Part shown: piece by piece, positions 1 through 9,478 of the stretch
How positions within the stretch are numbered: position 1 is the first letter of the stretch
Layout of the letters: each line of letters begins with the position of its first letter
NCBI GenBank assembly: GCA_963736115.1
Contig: CAVTNR010000005.1
Coordinates: 69,419 to 133,418, forward strand
Direction of reading: 5' to 3'
Source of the DNA: an uncultured bacterium
Lineage (GTDB): Bacteria; Zhuqueibacterota; QNDG01; DTFT01
Length of the DNA stretch: 64,000 nucleotides
The notes under the pieces: generated by a model
Seen by the model: only the letters and a program-made list of their open reading frames with translations
Database searches by the model: none
Told to the model about the DNA's origin: nothing
Program-made: the position numbers and the translations under genes

Positions 1-1568
1 GGCAGTTCAACCACGATGCCCTTTTCCATGAACTTGGTCACCTTGACGGGGGTGATGGTGTCGACCTTATAGGTCTCCTCGAACGCGGCCCACGGGTCCT
101 CGGTGAGCTGCTTGTAGCCGAGCGACAGGCGCCGTTCGGCCTTGTTGATCTCGAGCACCATGACTTCCACGTCCTGACCCTTCTTCAGGACTTCGCTGGG
201 ATGCTTGACTTTTTTGGTCCAGGACAGATCGGATATATGGATGAGGCCGTCGATCCCGTCCTCCATCTCCACGAACGCGCCAAAATTGGTGAGATTGCGG
301 ACGCGCCCCTTGATCTGGGTGCCGACCGGGTACTTGATCTCGATCTGGTCCCACGGGTCGGGCAGGAGCTGTTTGATGCCCAGCGAGATGCGCTTCCGGT
401 CCTTCTCGATGGAGAGGATCTTGACGTCGATCTGGTCCCCCACGTTGAGAATCTTGGAGGGATGCACGACGTTCCGGGTCCACGACATCTCGGACACGTG
501 GATCAGGCCCTCGACGCCCTTCTGAAGTTCAACAAAGGCGCCGTAATCCGCGATGGAGACCACCTTGCCCTTCACGATGGTACCGACCGGGAACTTCGTC
601 TCGATGTTCTCCCACGGATGGGCCTGGAGCTGCTTCATGCCGAGCGAGATGCGGTCCTTCGCCTCGTTGAAGTCGAGAACAACGACCTTGATATGCTCGT
701 CGAACTTGACCACCTCGGACGGATGGTTGATCCGGCCCCAGGAGAGATCGTTGATATGAAGCAGGCCGTCCACGCCGCCGAGATCCACGAACACGCCGAA
801 ATCCGTGATGTTCTTGACGGTCCCCTCGCGCACCTGACCCTTCTGGAGTTCCTCGAGAATCACCTTGCGCTTCTCGGCCATGCTCTCCTCGAGAATGGCG
901 CGGCGGGAGACGACGATGTTCTTGCGCAGTTTGTTGACCTTCACGATCTTGAACTCGAACATCTGCCCGATGAGGGCGTCGAAGTCACGTACCGGCTTGA
1001 CGTCAATCTGAGAGCCGGGCAGGAACGCGTCCACGCCCATGAGATCGACGACAATGCCGCCCTTGATCCGGCGCACGCAGCGTCCCTGAATGGTCAGCCC
1101 CTGGTCGTGGATGTCGATCACCCGGTCCCAGGTGCGCATGAAATCGGCCTTCTTTTTAGACAGAATCAGCTGACCGTCGGAGTCCTCCATGGAATCGAGG
1201 AACACGTCGACCCGGTCGCCCACCTTGACCACGGGAGGCATGCCGAACTCCTCGAGCGGAATCGTGCCTTCCGATTTGAATCCGATGTCGACCACCACCT
1301 CCTGATTGGCGATGGCGAGCACGCGGCCGGTGACGATCTGCCCCTCGTCGATGTCCTTGAGGGTGCGTCCGTACAGTTCGCTGAACTTCAGATATTCCTC
1401 TTCGGAATAGCCCAAGTCCTCCGCCGCCCTCTGCTGTTCCGCGGTGAAAGCCGGTTTCACAGGCTGGGCTGCGGGCTCGATCGGATCACCTCCTTCGCCG
1501 GACGGTGCCGGCGCCCAGTTCGGGACGCCGGTCACTTCGTCTTGGTTTGTTTTTTCAACATCCGCCAT
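1..1568 (-). CDS. rpsA: 30S ribosomal protein S1 (3' end outside window)
   Basis: Manual translation MADVEKTNQD...IDEGQIVTGRVLAIANQEVVVDIGFKSEGTIP... with repeated S1 domains (FGVFVDLGGVDGLLHI, YGAFVELQKGVEGLIHVSE, FGAFVEMEDGIDGLIHISD). AGGAGG SD lies 9 nt upstream of the ATG. Confidence 0.95.
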   Translation of the reverse strand, partial: MADVEKTNQDEVTGVPNWAPAPSGEGGDPIEPAAQPVKPAFTAEQQRAAEDLGYSEEEYLKFSELYGRTLKDIDEGQIVTGRVLAIANQEVVVDIGFKSEGTIPLEEFGMPPVVKVGDRVDVFLDSMEDSDGQLILSKKKADFMRTWDRVIDIHDQGLTIQGRCVRRIKGGIVVDLMGVDAFLPGSQIDVKPVRDFDALIGQMFEFKIVKVNKLRKNIVVSRRAILEESMAEKRKVILEELQKGQVREGTVKNITDFGVFVDLGGVDGLLHINDLSWGRINHPSEVVKFDEHIKVVVLDFNEAKDRISLGMKQLQAHPWENIETKFPVGTIVKGKVVSIADYGAFVELQKGVEGLIHVSEMSWTRNVVHPSKILNVGDQIDVKILSIEKDRKRISLGIKQLLPDPWDQIEIKYPVGTQIKGRVRNLTNFGAFVEMEDGIDGLIHISDLSWTKKVKHPSEVLKKGQDVEVMVLEINKAERRLSLGYKQLTEDPWAAFEETYKVDTITPVKVTKFMEKGIVVEL

Positions 1569-2467
1569 AAAAATGGTCCTCCTTTTCTATTTTTCAACCC
1601 TTTCGGGCTGTTTCCGATGTCTTCAAGGAACAGGCGCATCTCGTCGAGCTGCCAGCGGGGCGTCGAGGCGCCGCCGGAAATGCCGACATGGTGGCCGTTC
1701 TTGAACAGGGCGCGCTTCAGTTCATCCGGCGCCTCGATTAAAAATGTGTTCCGGTTTTTCGCGCGGGCGGTCTCGTACAGAAGCCGGCCGTTCGCGGAGC
1801 TCCGCCCGGCCACGAGCACAACGAAATCCAGCGGCTCGGCGAAAACGCGGATGTCGGCCTGGCGGTTCTTGAGAAAGCGGCAGGTCGTGTCCGCGATTTT
1901 CAGTCCGGGGACGCGCTTGGCCAGGGCGTGGCGGACGGCGGCGAAGAGCTCGGGATCCACCGTGGACTGGGCGAGCAGCAGGGTGCGGTTTTCCACGTCG
2001 AGCATCGCGGCCGCGCGCGCATTCGTCGCGACCGCGCCGTTTTCACCGGCCCGGGCCATCAGGCCTTTGACCTCGGGGTGGCCGGGATCGCCCGTCACCA
2101 CGATCCGCCAGCCTTCCCGGACATGCTGCAGGACAAGGTCCTGCGAATGCCGGACGATCGGACAGGTGGCGTCGACGATTTTCATGCCGTATCCCCGGGC
2201 TCTGGCCACCAGCGCTTCGGATTCGCCGTGCGCGCGAAGCAGAAGCGACTGGCCGGCCAGAAGCTTCCGCATCCCGCGGTCGGAAAAATCCTCGGGACGC
2301 ACGGGCCGGAGTCCGAGCCCCTCGAGCCGCTCCACCTCCCGCCGATTATGAATGAGTTCGCCCGCGGAGAACAGGGTCTCCCCCCGGCGCAGTGCGTCTT
2401 CGGCCAGCGCAATGGCCCGTTCCACGCCGGGACAGGGCCTGGCTTTCGGGTCAACTGTGACGACCAT
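1532..2467 (-). CDS. ispH: 4-hydroxy-3-methylbut-2-enyl diphosphate reductase
   Basis: Motifs CPGVERAI, LIHN, RAHG, VDATCP, GHPEV, DTTC, GISGGASTP; lies in the cmk-plsC-ispH-rpsA context. Confidence 0.92.
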   Translation of the reverse strand: MVVTVDPKARPCPGVERAIALAEDALRRGETLFSAGELIHNRREVERLEGLGLRPVRPEDFSDRGMRKLLAGQSLLLRAHGESEALVARARGYGMKIVDATCPIVRHSQDLVLQHVREGWRIVVTGDPGHPEVKGLMARAGENGAVATNARAAAMLDVENRTLLLAQSTVDPELFAAVRHALAKRVPGLKIADTTCRFLKNRQADIRVFAEPLDFVVLVAGRSSANGRLLYETARAKNRNTFLIEAPDELKRALFKNGHHVGISGGASTPRWQLDEMRLFLEDIGNSPKGLKNRKGGPFLWRMLKKQTKTK

Positions 2468-3083
2468 CCTGGAGTTCCTTGATTCGGGTCATGGTGTCTT
2501 CTCCGATGCGCCTGTACCATTCCTTCACCGACATCCCACGGGGAGGCGAGGCGGGAACGGCGAACGGCTCCCCGAACCGGATTTCCACGCGCCTGCAGGG
2601 GAAGTTGCGGAGAAGGTGGAACGTTCCGGACAGGTGCACCGGCAGGATCGGGCATCCGGAGCGGGCCGCCAGCATGCCGACCCCGCGCCGGCCCTGCTGC
2701 AGCCGCCCCGTCCTGGAACGGGTGCCCTCGGGAAACAATAGCAGGGGTTTTCCGGATTCGAGCGCCTCCGCGGCCGCGCGCAGCGCGCCCGTATCCGCGG
2801 AACCCCGGTGCAGGGGAATACTCCCGAGGTGCCGGAGCAGGCGGGCCAGAAGCGGATTCCGGAAAAGCTCCGCCTTCGCCAGAAACGCCAGCTGCCGGGG
2901 GCAGGCGAGACCCATGAAAACGGGATCGTAGTTCGCGCAGTGGTTCACGGCCACAATGACTCCGCCGGTTTCGGGGAGGCTCGCCTCGCCGCTCACGCGC
3001 ACTCCGAAGAAGGCCCGTATCAGCGGGTAGCCGACGGTGTACAGGGCCTGATAGACCGAGTTGTCCGGGAATCTACGGGCCAC
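2451..3083 (-). CDS. plsC: 1-acyl-sn-glycerol-3-phosphate acyltransferase
   Basis: NHCANYD (NHxxxxD), FLAKAELF and FPEGTRS motifs. Confidence 0.9.
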   Translation of the reverse strand: MARRFPDNSVYQALYTVGYPLIRAFFGVRVSGEASLPETGGVIVAVNHCANYDPVFMGLACPRQLAFLAKAELFRNPLLARLLRHLGSIPLHRGSADTGALRAAAEALESGKPLLLFPEGTRSRTGRLQQGRRGVGMLAARSGCPILPVHLSGTFHLLRNFPCRRVEIRFGEPFAVPASPPRGMSVKEWYRRIGEDTMTRIKELQDGRHS

Positions 3084-3854
3084 CGCGTTCCCCCTGTTTC
3101 CGACGGACGGCTTCGAGAATGAGGCTGACCTGGCCGTCCAGCGTCAGCCCGGTCGTATCGATCGTGACGGCGTCCCCGGCGGGCCGGAGCGGGCTGTGCG
3201 CACGCCGGCTGTCCCGGAGGTCGCGGGCTTCAATTTCGCCGGCGATACGCTCGACCGGGACCGAAATGCCCCTGGCCTCCTGGTCGCGCTTCCGGCGCTC
3301 CGCCCGCTCTTCCAGCGAGGCGGTGAAGTAGAATTTCAGGTCCGCATCCGGAAAAACCACCGTGCCCTGGTCCCGGCCGTCGGTGATCAGGTTGCCCCGT
3401 TCGGCGAAAGCCCGCTGGCGCGGGACGAGCGCCTCGCGCACGCCCGCGATCTCGCAGACCGGACCCACGGCACGGTCCACCTCCGGCGTGCGGATGTCGG
3501 CGGTGACGTCACGGCCGTCGAGAAGAACGCGCAATCCGTTTTTTTCCGGATCAGATCGATCCGGCAGGAACGGGCCGCATCCGCGATGCGTCCGGCGTCG
3601 GTCAGGGGGATCGATTCGCGGAGCACCTTGAGGGCCACGGCCCGGTACATCGCTCCGGTGTCGAGGTAGAGCCAGCCGAGCTTTTCGGCGGCCAGGCGGG
3701 CGGTCGTGCTTTTTCCGGACGCGGCCGGTCCGTCGAGTGTGACGACGGTTCCGCGTTCCGGGCTTGGAGTGAGTGGGTTGATAATGAACCCGGTTCGGTT
3801 ATGGGTGAATGAAGGGCGATGGACGACGGGCCATCGTTTCCCGACTGTTTTCAC
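3073..3854 (-). CDS. cmk: cytidylate kinase, split by a 1-nt frameshift near 3540; start uncertain
   Basis: N-half [12 protein letters not shown]...[11 protein letters not shown] (ORF 3387..3854) and C-half [22 protein letters not shown]...RD (ORF 3073..3534) join at an A7 homopolymer. Confidence 0.88.
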
Positions 3855-4862
3855 TCAAACTGTTTCTTGGTTCCTACTCGAAGGGATTGCGGTTCCGTGT
3901 TTCGAGTTCCGTGTTCCGGGTTTCGTGTTCCGGGTTCCGTGTTTCGGGTTGAATGGTTTTCTGATTCTGAAACCCTTCTTCGACCCGGAGCCCTGAATCC
4001 GAAACGGATCGCCTACTGGTTCGGGTTTCGGCGGGATCGGTTTCCCGGTGATCCGCAGGTCCTTGCTCGACTCGGAACTCGGAACCCGGAACTCGGAACC
4101 TCTTTTCGTCTTTGAACCTTGAACCTTGAACTTTGAACTCACATCTTTGGAAAGCCCCACGGCCCGGTACAGCATCCGGATCTCTTCCGGCTTCAGGTCG
4201 CGCCACTCGCCCAGCGCCAGGCCCCGGACAGTCAGACCGCCGAAACTGACGCGCGCGAGCCGCCGCACCGTGAAGCCGAGAGTCCCAAACATGCGGCGCA
4301 CCTGGCGTTTCTTGCCCTCGTGAATCCGGACCTCGACCAGCGTCTCGGCGCCCACCCGCCGCACCGCGTGCGCCTCGCCTCGGGCCACGAATCCGTCCTC
4401 GATGACCACGCCCTTCCGGAAACGCTTCGCGGCGTCCTCGCCGAAAGGCCCCGGCACCCAGGCGCGGTAGAGTTTGTCGATTTCGTACCGCGGATGGGCC
4501 AGGCGGTGCGCCAGTTCCCCGTCGTTGGTCAACAGCAGAACGCCTTCCGTATCCAAATCCAGCCGACCGACCGGGAACAGGCCGTGCGGCTCCCCGACGA
4601 GATCGAGTACCGTCTTCCGGCCCTGGTCGTCCCGAACGGTGGTGACCGCGTCCGCGGGCTTGTTCAAAAGAACGTACCGGAACCGCCGCGCCGGGTGAAG
4701 GATTTTACCGTCCAGTTTCACGGCGTCCTCCTGCTCCCCCACCTGGACGCCGAGCCTTTCAATCCTGTGTCCGTTGATCGAAACACGGCCTGCGGCGATC
4801 ATCTCATTGGCTTTCCGTCTCGAAGCGACGCCGCACAGGGCCAGGTATTTATTGAGCTGCAT
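3855..4862 (-). CDS. rluB: pseudouridine synthase (RluB/RsuA family); C-terminal tail is translated through heptamer repeats
   Basis: MQLNKYLALCGVASRRKA (S4 domain), PVGRLDLDTEGVLLLTNDG, HEGKKRQVRRM; follows scpAB. Confidence 0.88.
   Translation of the reverse strand: MQLNKYLALCGVASRRKANEMIAAGRVSINGHRIERLGVQVGEQEDAVKLDGKILHPARRFRYVLLNKPADAVTTVRDDQGRKTVLDLVGEPHGLFPVGRLDLDTEGVLLLTNDGELAHRLAHPRYEIDKLYRAWVPGPFGEDAAKRFRKGVVIEDGFVARGEAHAVRRVGAETLVEVRIHEGKKRQVRRMFGTLGFTVRRLARVSFGGLTVRGLALGEWRDLKPEEIRMLYRAVGLSKDVSSKFKVQGSKTKRGSEFRVPSSESSKDLRITGKPIPPKPEPVGDPFRIQGSGSKKGFRIRKPFNPKHGTRNTKPGTRNSKHGTAIPSSRNQETV
3890..4140. repeat. inverted heptamer tandem arrays (GTTCCGN / GTTCAAR variants)
   Basis: GTTCCGT/GTTTCGR units at ~3890-3950 face CGGAACY units at ~4068-4100 and TTGAACY units at ~4112-4140. 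Confidence 0.85.
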
Positions 4863-5679
4863 CCGTCTCCAGTTGAGACGGCACGACCGTCTCTGAATCG
4901 CCCCCAGTCTGCGCGGGCGCTCCGGATGATTCATCCGCCTGGCCGCCGGACGGCGTATCCATGGATGCATCGACGGACTCGGGAGCCGGATCTGCGTCCG
5001 CCGCTGTCCCCGAAGTGTCTCCGGACACGGCTTCGGCGTCCTGCGGTTCCCCGCCGCCGGCATCCCAGGAACCCGCCGGGATCCCGTCAACTCCCGGGGC
5101 GTCTCCCGGTTCGGGCAGGTCGGCAAGCAGGTTCTGCTGAACCCCGCTCTCCTTGAACAGCTCCTCGAGTTCCTTTGGTTTCGGCAGGTCGGAAATGTCG
5201 TTCACCCCGAAATACCGGAGAAACTCGCGCGTCGTCTTGTACAGAAGGGCGCGTCCGGGTCCGTCGTCGCGGCCGGACAGCGTGATCAGTTTCCGTTCGA
5301 GCAGGGTGCGGATGACGCCGTCGCAGTTGACGCCGCGGATCGCCTCGATATCGGGCTTGCCGACAGGTTGGCGGAACGCGATCACCGAAAGCGTCTCCAT
5401 CGCGGCCTGCGACAGCTTCTGCTTCAGCCGGCCGGCGAACAGCTTGCGCACCCAGGACGTGTAGTTCTCATGCGTCACCATCTGGTAGCCGCCGGCGACG
5501 TGAACAATCTGGAAGGTGCGGTCCGTCCGCCGGTACTCCACGTTCAGCTCGTCGACGGCCCGGACCACGTTTTCCGATGTCGTCTCCTCGACAGTCGCAC
5601 GGATCTGGTCGACCGGCAGGGGAATGTCGGACGCGAATATGAGAACTTCCACCACCTGTTTCAACTGATCGAGCTGCAT
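4849..5679 (-). CDS. scpB: SMC-Scp complex subunit ScpB
   Basis: VAGGYQMVT, LSQAAMETLSVIAFRQPV, IRGVN, GRALLYKTT..FLRYFG motifs; acidic tail. Confidence 0.93.
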   Translation of the reverse strand: MQLDQLKQVVEVLIFASDIPLPVDQIRATVEETTSENVVRAVDELNVEYRRTDRTFQIVHVAGGYQMVTHENYTSWVRKLFAGRLKQKLSQAAMETLSVIAFRQPVGKPDIEAIRGVNCDGVIRTLLERKLITLSGRDDGPGRALLYKTTREFLRYFGVNDISDLPKPKELEELFKESGVQQNLLADLPEPGDAPGVDGIPAGSWDAGGGEPQDAEAVSGDTSGTAADADPAPESVDASMDTPSGGQADESSGAPAQTGGDSETVVPSQLETDAAQ

Positions 5680-5763
5680 GAAAACGGAATCCTCGTCTAA
5701 TTTCAGAATACCCGTCCGGCCTCCGAAAGAAGCCTGCGGGCGCGTTTCATCGGGCCGGGCCCG

Positions 5764-6580
5764 TCAAGCGGACGGCCCGGCGGCTTCCCCTTCGGCCGCG
5801 GCCTCGTCGGCCGTATCGATCGCGAGCTGAACGGCCGGCTCGCGCCGCATGATGAAAATCTCGCCGAACACGTCGGACTGGCGGACGCTGATCCGCTTGG
5901 CCTTGATCAGTTCGAGAATGGCCATGAAGGTCACCACCATGATGATGCGTTCGGTGATGGGCGTCAGCAGGTCCCGGAACAGGACATGGTCCTTGTCGCC
6001 GATGCAGTTGAACACATAATCGATCTGCTCCTCGATGGTCACGCCGATGGGCTTGACCTCGTGGTAATGGACCTTGGGCATGTTCGAGAGCACGTCCCGG
6101 AAGGCGGACAGCAGGTCGAACATCGTCATGTCCTTGAGGACGACTTCCTTCTGGCGGTACGGCTTCTGCCATTCGAAATAGGAGCGATGGAACACCCGGC
6201 TCTGCCGGTCCTCGTAGCTCTGCAGGGATTCCGACACTTCCTTGTACCGGCGGTACTCGAGCAGTTGACGGACCAGGTCGGCGCGCGGATCCTCTTCCTC
6301 CGCCTCCTCCTCCGGGGCCCGGGGCAGCAGCATCTTGACCTTGATCTGGATCAGGGTCGCGGCCATGAGAATGAACTCGCCGGCCACCTCGAGATCCAGC
6401 TCCCGCATCAGATCCACGTAGACGAGGTACTGCTTCGTGATCTGGGCGATCGGAATATCGTAGATGTCGATCTCTTCCTTCTTGATCAGGAAGCAGAGGA
6501 GATCGAGCGGCCCCTCGAAATTGGGAAGCCGGACCCGGTACGCGTCGGAACGATCGGCGTCGAGGGAGAAATCTACCCCA
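5764..6580 (-). CDS. scpA: segregation/condensation protein ScpA (start codon uncertain)
   Basis: YRVRLPNFEGPLDLL..IKKEEIDIYDIPIA, AGEFILMAATLIQIK, VVTFMAILEL. Confidence 0.92.
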
Positions 6581-7556
6581 TGTGCATCGCCTCCCGGACC
6601 TGGGACATGGTGGCCTGCGCCGCCTCGCGCGCGCGCCGGTCGCCGTCCGCCAGAATGTCGTCGACGAGTCCGGGATGGGCCTCGTAACGCGCCCGTTTCT
6701 CCCGGAACGGATCCAGAAAACCGTTGAGCGCCGCGGTCATGCTTTTCTTGTGCGCCACACAGCCCAGCCGGCCGCCGCGGCATTCCGTCTCCACCGCATC
6801 CGCGTCCTCCGGGTGGAACTTGCGGTGATAGGCCATGACCACGCATCCTTCCGGGTGGCCGGGGTCGCTGACGCGGATCTTCTGCGGGTCCGTGTAGGCC
6901 TGCTTGAGCTTCGACTCGAGATCGGCCGCCGTATCGGAAAGAGTGATGCTATTGTCGAGCGACTTGCTCATCTTCTTGCCTTCCAGGCCGGGCAGGCGGG
7001 CGAACCTCGTCAGCAGGGCCTCGGGCTCGGGGAAAACGGCGCCGTACAGCGCGTTGAAGCGCCGGGCGATCTCGCGCGTGATCTCGACATGCGGCACCTG
7101 GTCCTCGCCTACGGGCACCGCGTCCGCCTTGTAGATGAGAATGTCGGCGGCCTGGAGCACGGGATAACCGAGATGGCCGAACACCATGGATTCCTCGAGG
7201 CCGAGATCGCGCGCCTGCTCCTTCACCGTCGGGTTGCGCTGGAGCCGCGGGACGGTGACGAGCATGCCGAAAATCAGGTTCAGCTCCGCATGCTCCTTCA
7301 CATGCGACTGGACGAACAGGGGGCTCCGGACGGGATCGAGACCGGCGGCCAGCCAGTCCATGACGACCTGCCGGCTGTTTTCGGCGATCCGGGCCGTGTG
7401 TTCGAGGTCGGTGGTCAGCATGTGCCAGTCGGCCACCATGTGGAAGCTGTCGTATTCGTTCTGCAGGCGGATCCAGTTTTCAAGCGCCCCGACGTAATTG
7501 CCGAGGTGCAGGCGGCCTGTGGGCCTCATTCCGCTCAGGATGCGTTTTCGGGTCAT
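6573..7556 (-). CDS. trpS: tryptophan--tRNA ligase
   Basis: SGMRPTGRLHLGNYVG, YPVLQAADIL, VPVGEDQ, KMSKS. Confidence 0.97.
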   Translation of the reverse strand: MTRKRILSGMRPTGRLHLGNYVGALENWIRLQNEYDSFHMVADWHMLTTDLEHTARIAENSRQVVMDWLAAGLDPVRSPLFVQSHVKEHAELNLIFGMLVTVPRLQRNPTVKEQARDLGLEESMVFGHLGYPVLQAADILIYKADAVPVGEDQVPHVEITREIARRFNALYGAVFPEPEALLTRFARLPGLEGKKMSKSLDNSITLSDTAADLESKLKQAYTDPQKIRVSDPGHPEGCVVMAYHRKFHPEDADAVETECRGGRLGCVAHKKSMTAALNGFLDPFREKRARYEAHPGLVDDILADGDRRAREAAQATMSQVREAMHMG

Positions 7557-7565
7557 GCCTTTTGG

Positions 7566-8069
7566 TCAGCTCATGAAGAGATAGGGTTTCCAGCGCTCGT
7601 CCGGAATATGCGCCTGCGTCTGGATGAAGAACAGGTATCCCGGCTTCCGCGGCTTGCGAAGCAGCTGCATGCCGGCTTCCTGCGGCGTCCGGTTGCGCTT
7701 GTGGCTGTTGCAGAGGGAGCAGGCGCAGACCAGGTTCTCCCAGGTGTCCTGACCGCCCCGGTCACGCGGGACGATGTGGTCCACCGTGAACGGGCTCTTT
7801 TCCGTGCCGCAGTACTGACAGCGGTGGTTGTCCCGCTTGATGATGTTGTTCCTCGACAGCAGGATGCGTTTCCGCGGCACGTGAATCAAGCGCGACAGAC
7901 GGACGATGCTTGGCAGGATGTAGCATTCGCTCACCGAATGGACTGTCCGGTCCGAGCTTTCGATCACTTCCACCTTTCCCAGCACCTGGAGCACGACCGC
8001 CTTCCGTGCGCTGCAGATGGAAAGCGGCTCGTAGTTCTGGTTGAGAATGAGAACCCTGCCTTCGAGCAT
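7566..8069 (-). CDS. HNH endonuclease (McrA-like)
   Basis: VLILNQNYEPL, RDNHRCQYCG, TVDHIVPRDRGG, WENLVCAC..CN..K. Confidence 0.9.
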   Translation of the reverse strand: MLEGRVLILNQNYEPLSICSARKAVVLQVLGKVEVIESSDRTVHSVSECYILPSIVRLSRLIHVPRKRILLSRNNIIKRDNHRCQYCGTEKSPFTVDHIVPRDRGGQDTWENLVCACSLCNSHKRNRTPQEAGMQLLRKPRKPGYLFFIQTQAHIPDERWKPYLFMS

Positions 8070-8248
8070 ACAGACATCCGCCGGTGACGGTCAAACGGAT
8101 AGAAAACTCCTGTCTTTTTTAGGAACAAGGTCTTAAAGTTAAGAATAATTAGTAAATTTCGCAAGGTATTTTTGCCTTATACGTCGGTCGGATCCGTCTA
8201 TCCGGCTTGAAAAAGTGTTAAATTTCACATTTTTTAGGAAATTATTAC

Positions 8249-8277
8249 TTGACATTATCTATATTATCGATTATATT
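8249..8277 (+). promoter_or_regulatory. sigma70-type promoter for tRNA-Asn and the his leader
   Basis: TTGACA-17 nt-TATATT, 13 nt upstream of the tRNA. Confidence 0.8.
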
Positions 8278-8290
8278 CATTCTTTCATTT

Positions 8291-8366
8291 TGGGGCGTAG
8301 CATAGCTGGCAATGCGCCTGGCTGTTAACCAGGATACCGAAGGTTCGAGTCCTTCCGCCCCAGCCA
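8291..8366 (+). tRNA. tRNA-Asn(GTT)
   Basis: Acceptor stem TGGGGCG/CGCCCCA, anticodon arm CCTGG-CT-GTT-AA-CCAGG, T-arm GAAGG-TTCGAGT-CCTTC, encoded CCA. Confidence 0.93.
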
Positions 8367-8374
8367 GAGGAGAC

Positions 8375-8461
8375 ATGGGAATGAAACGCAGCATATTCCA
8401 TCCGCATCACTCGCATCGCCACGAAAGCCACTGCTTTCGCGAGGGGAAGGGTGCGGTTTGA
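8375..8461 (+). CDS. his operon leader peptide MGMKRSIFHPHHSHRHESHCFREGKGAV
   Basis: 28 codons with 6 His in an 11-codon stretch; GAGGAG SD; upstream of hisG and followed by a terminator. Confidence 0.8.
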   Translation: MGMKRSIFHPHHSHRHESHCFREGKGAV

Positions 8462-8485
8462 CCGCCGAAGGCTGATCACAGCTTC

Positions 8486-8518
8486 AGACGCCCTCCCGTT
8501 CCGGTGGGCGTTTTTTAT
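8486..8518 (+). terminator. attenuator terminator of the his leader
   Basis: ACGCCC...GGGCGT stem plus TTTTTT; the 5' arm CGCCCTCCC can alternatively pair with GGGAAGGGTG at the end of the leader ORF (antiterminator). Confidence 0.75.
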
Positions 8519-8586
8519 TGGGTCAATTTTCATTATTCGAATATTTTTCGTATATTACATGACTAATCGGAAAGGATGAACCGGGC

Positions 8587-9465
8587 ATGTCCAAACGTGT
8601 TCTGAAAATCGGCCTCCCCAAGGGAAGTCTGCAGGAAGCCACATTCAAGTATTTCGCGAACGCGGGATATCATTTCTCGACCAACACGCGTTCCTATTTC
8701 TCGTCCGTGGACGACGAGGAACTGCAGGGCATTCTGCTTCGCGCCCAGGAGATCGCCACTTATGTCCAGGACGGCGTATTCGATATCGGCCTGACGGGAA
8801 AAGACTGGGTGATGGAAACGGGCGCGGACGTGGTTGAAGTCGTGGATCTGCTGTACTCGCGACAGAGCCTGCGGCCCATCCGCTGGGTGCTTGCCGTTCC
8901 CAACGACTCCCCCATCCGGACCGTGCGGGATCTGGAGGGCAAGCGTATCGCCACCGAGGTCGTGCATTTGACCCGGCAGTACCTGCGGGAGAAGGGCGTG
9001 CACGCCGAAGTGGAGTTCTCCTGGGGCGCAACGGAAGTGAAAGCGCCGCTCCTCGTGGACGCCATCGTCGAGGCGACCGAGACGGGCGGCTCCCTCAGGG
9101 CCAACGGCCTGCGGATCGTGGACGAACTGGTCGTCTCCACCACGCGGCTGATCGCCAACAAGGAAAGCTGGAAGGACCCCTGGAAACGGGAGAAAACGGA
9201 AAACCTCGTCACCCTGCTCCAGGGCGCCATCGCGGCCGAACTCAAGGTCGGCCTCAAGATGAACGTGGAGACCGACCGGCTGGACGACCTGGTGAAGATG
9301 CTTCCCGCCATGAAGAATCCCACCATCTCCCACCTGTACGACCCGAAATGGGTGGCGGTTGAGATCGTCGTGGACGAAGCCACCGTGCGCGAACTGATCC
9401 CCCGGCTCCGGCGGGCAGGCGCCCGGGACATCATTGAGTATCCCCTGAACAAGGTCATTCCCTGA
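8587..9465 (+). CDS. hisG: ATP phosphoribosyltransferase (long form)
   Basis: [42 protein letters not shown]-terminal regulatory domain. Confidence 0.96.
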   Translation: MSKRVLKIGLPKGSLQEATFKYFANAGYHFSTNTRSYFSSVDDEELQGILLRAQEIATYVQDGVFDIGLTGKDWVMETGADVVEVVDLLYSRQSLRPIRWVLAVPNDSPIRTVRDLEGKRIATEVVHLTRQYLREKGVHAEVEFSWGATEVKAPLLVDAIVEATETGGSLRANGLRIVDELVVSTTRLIANKESWKDPWKREKTENLVTLLQGAIAAELKVGLKMNVETDRLDDLVKMLPAMKNPTISHLYDPKWVAVEIVVDEATVRELIPRLRRAGARDIIEYPLNKVIP

Positions 9466-9478
9466 GCGGAGAAGCGAA

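Noticed and set aside
1532-1568. IspH-S1 fusion broken by a frameshift
   Set aside because: rpsA has its own AGGAGG SD and ATG, so a 37-nt overlap of two genes is the simpler reading.
201-2351. 716-aa plus-strand ORF and other long antisense ORFs (6582-8087, 13939-15303, 29870-31456, 58926-60182)
   Set aside because: They are shadows of well-supported opposite-strand genes in GC-rich DNA and have no recognisable motifs.
3535-3548. Programmed frameshift in cmk at A7
   Set aside because: Many other indels occur in the window and I know of no recoding in cmk; a homopolymer error is likelier.
7566-8069. HNH gene as a homing or mobile element
   Set aside because: Common chromosomal McrA-like family with no intron, intein or terminal repeats.
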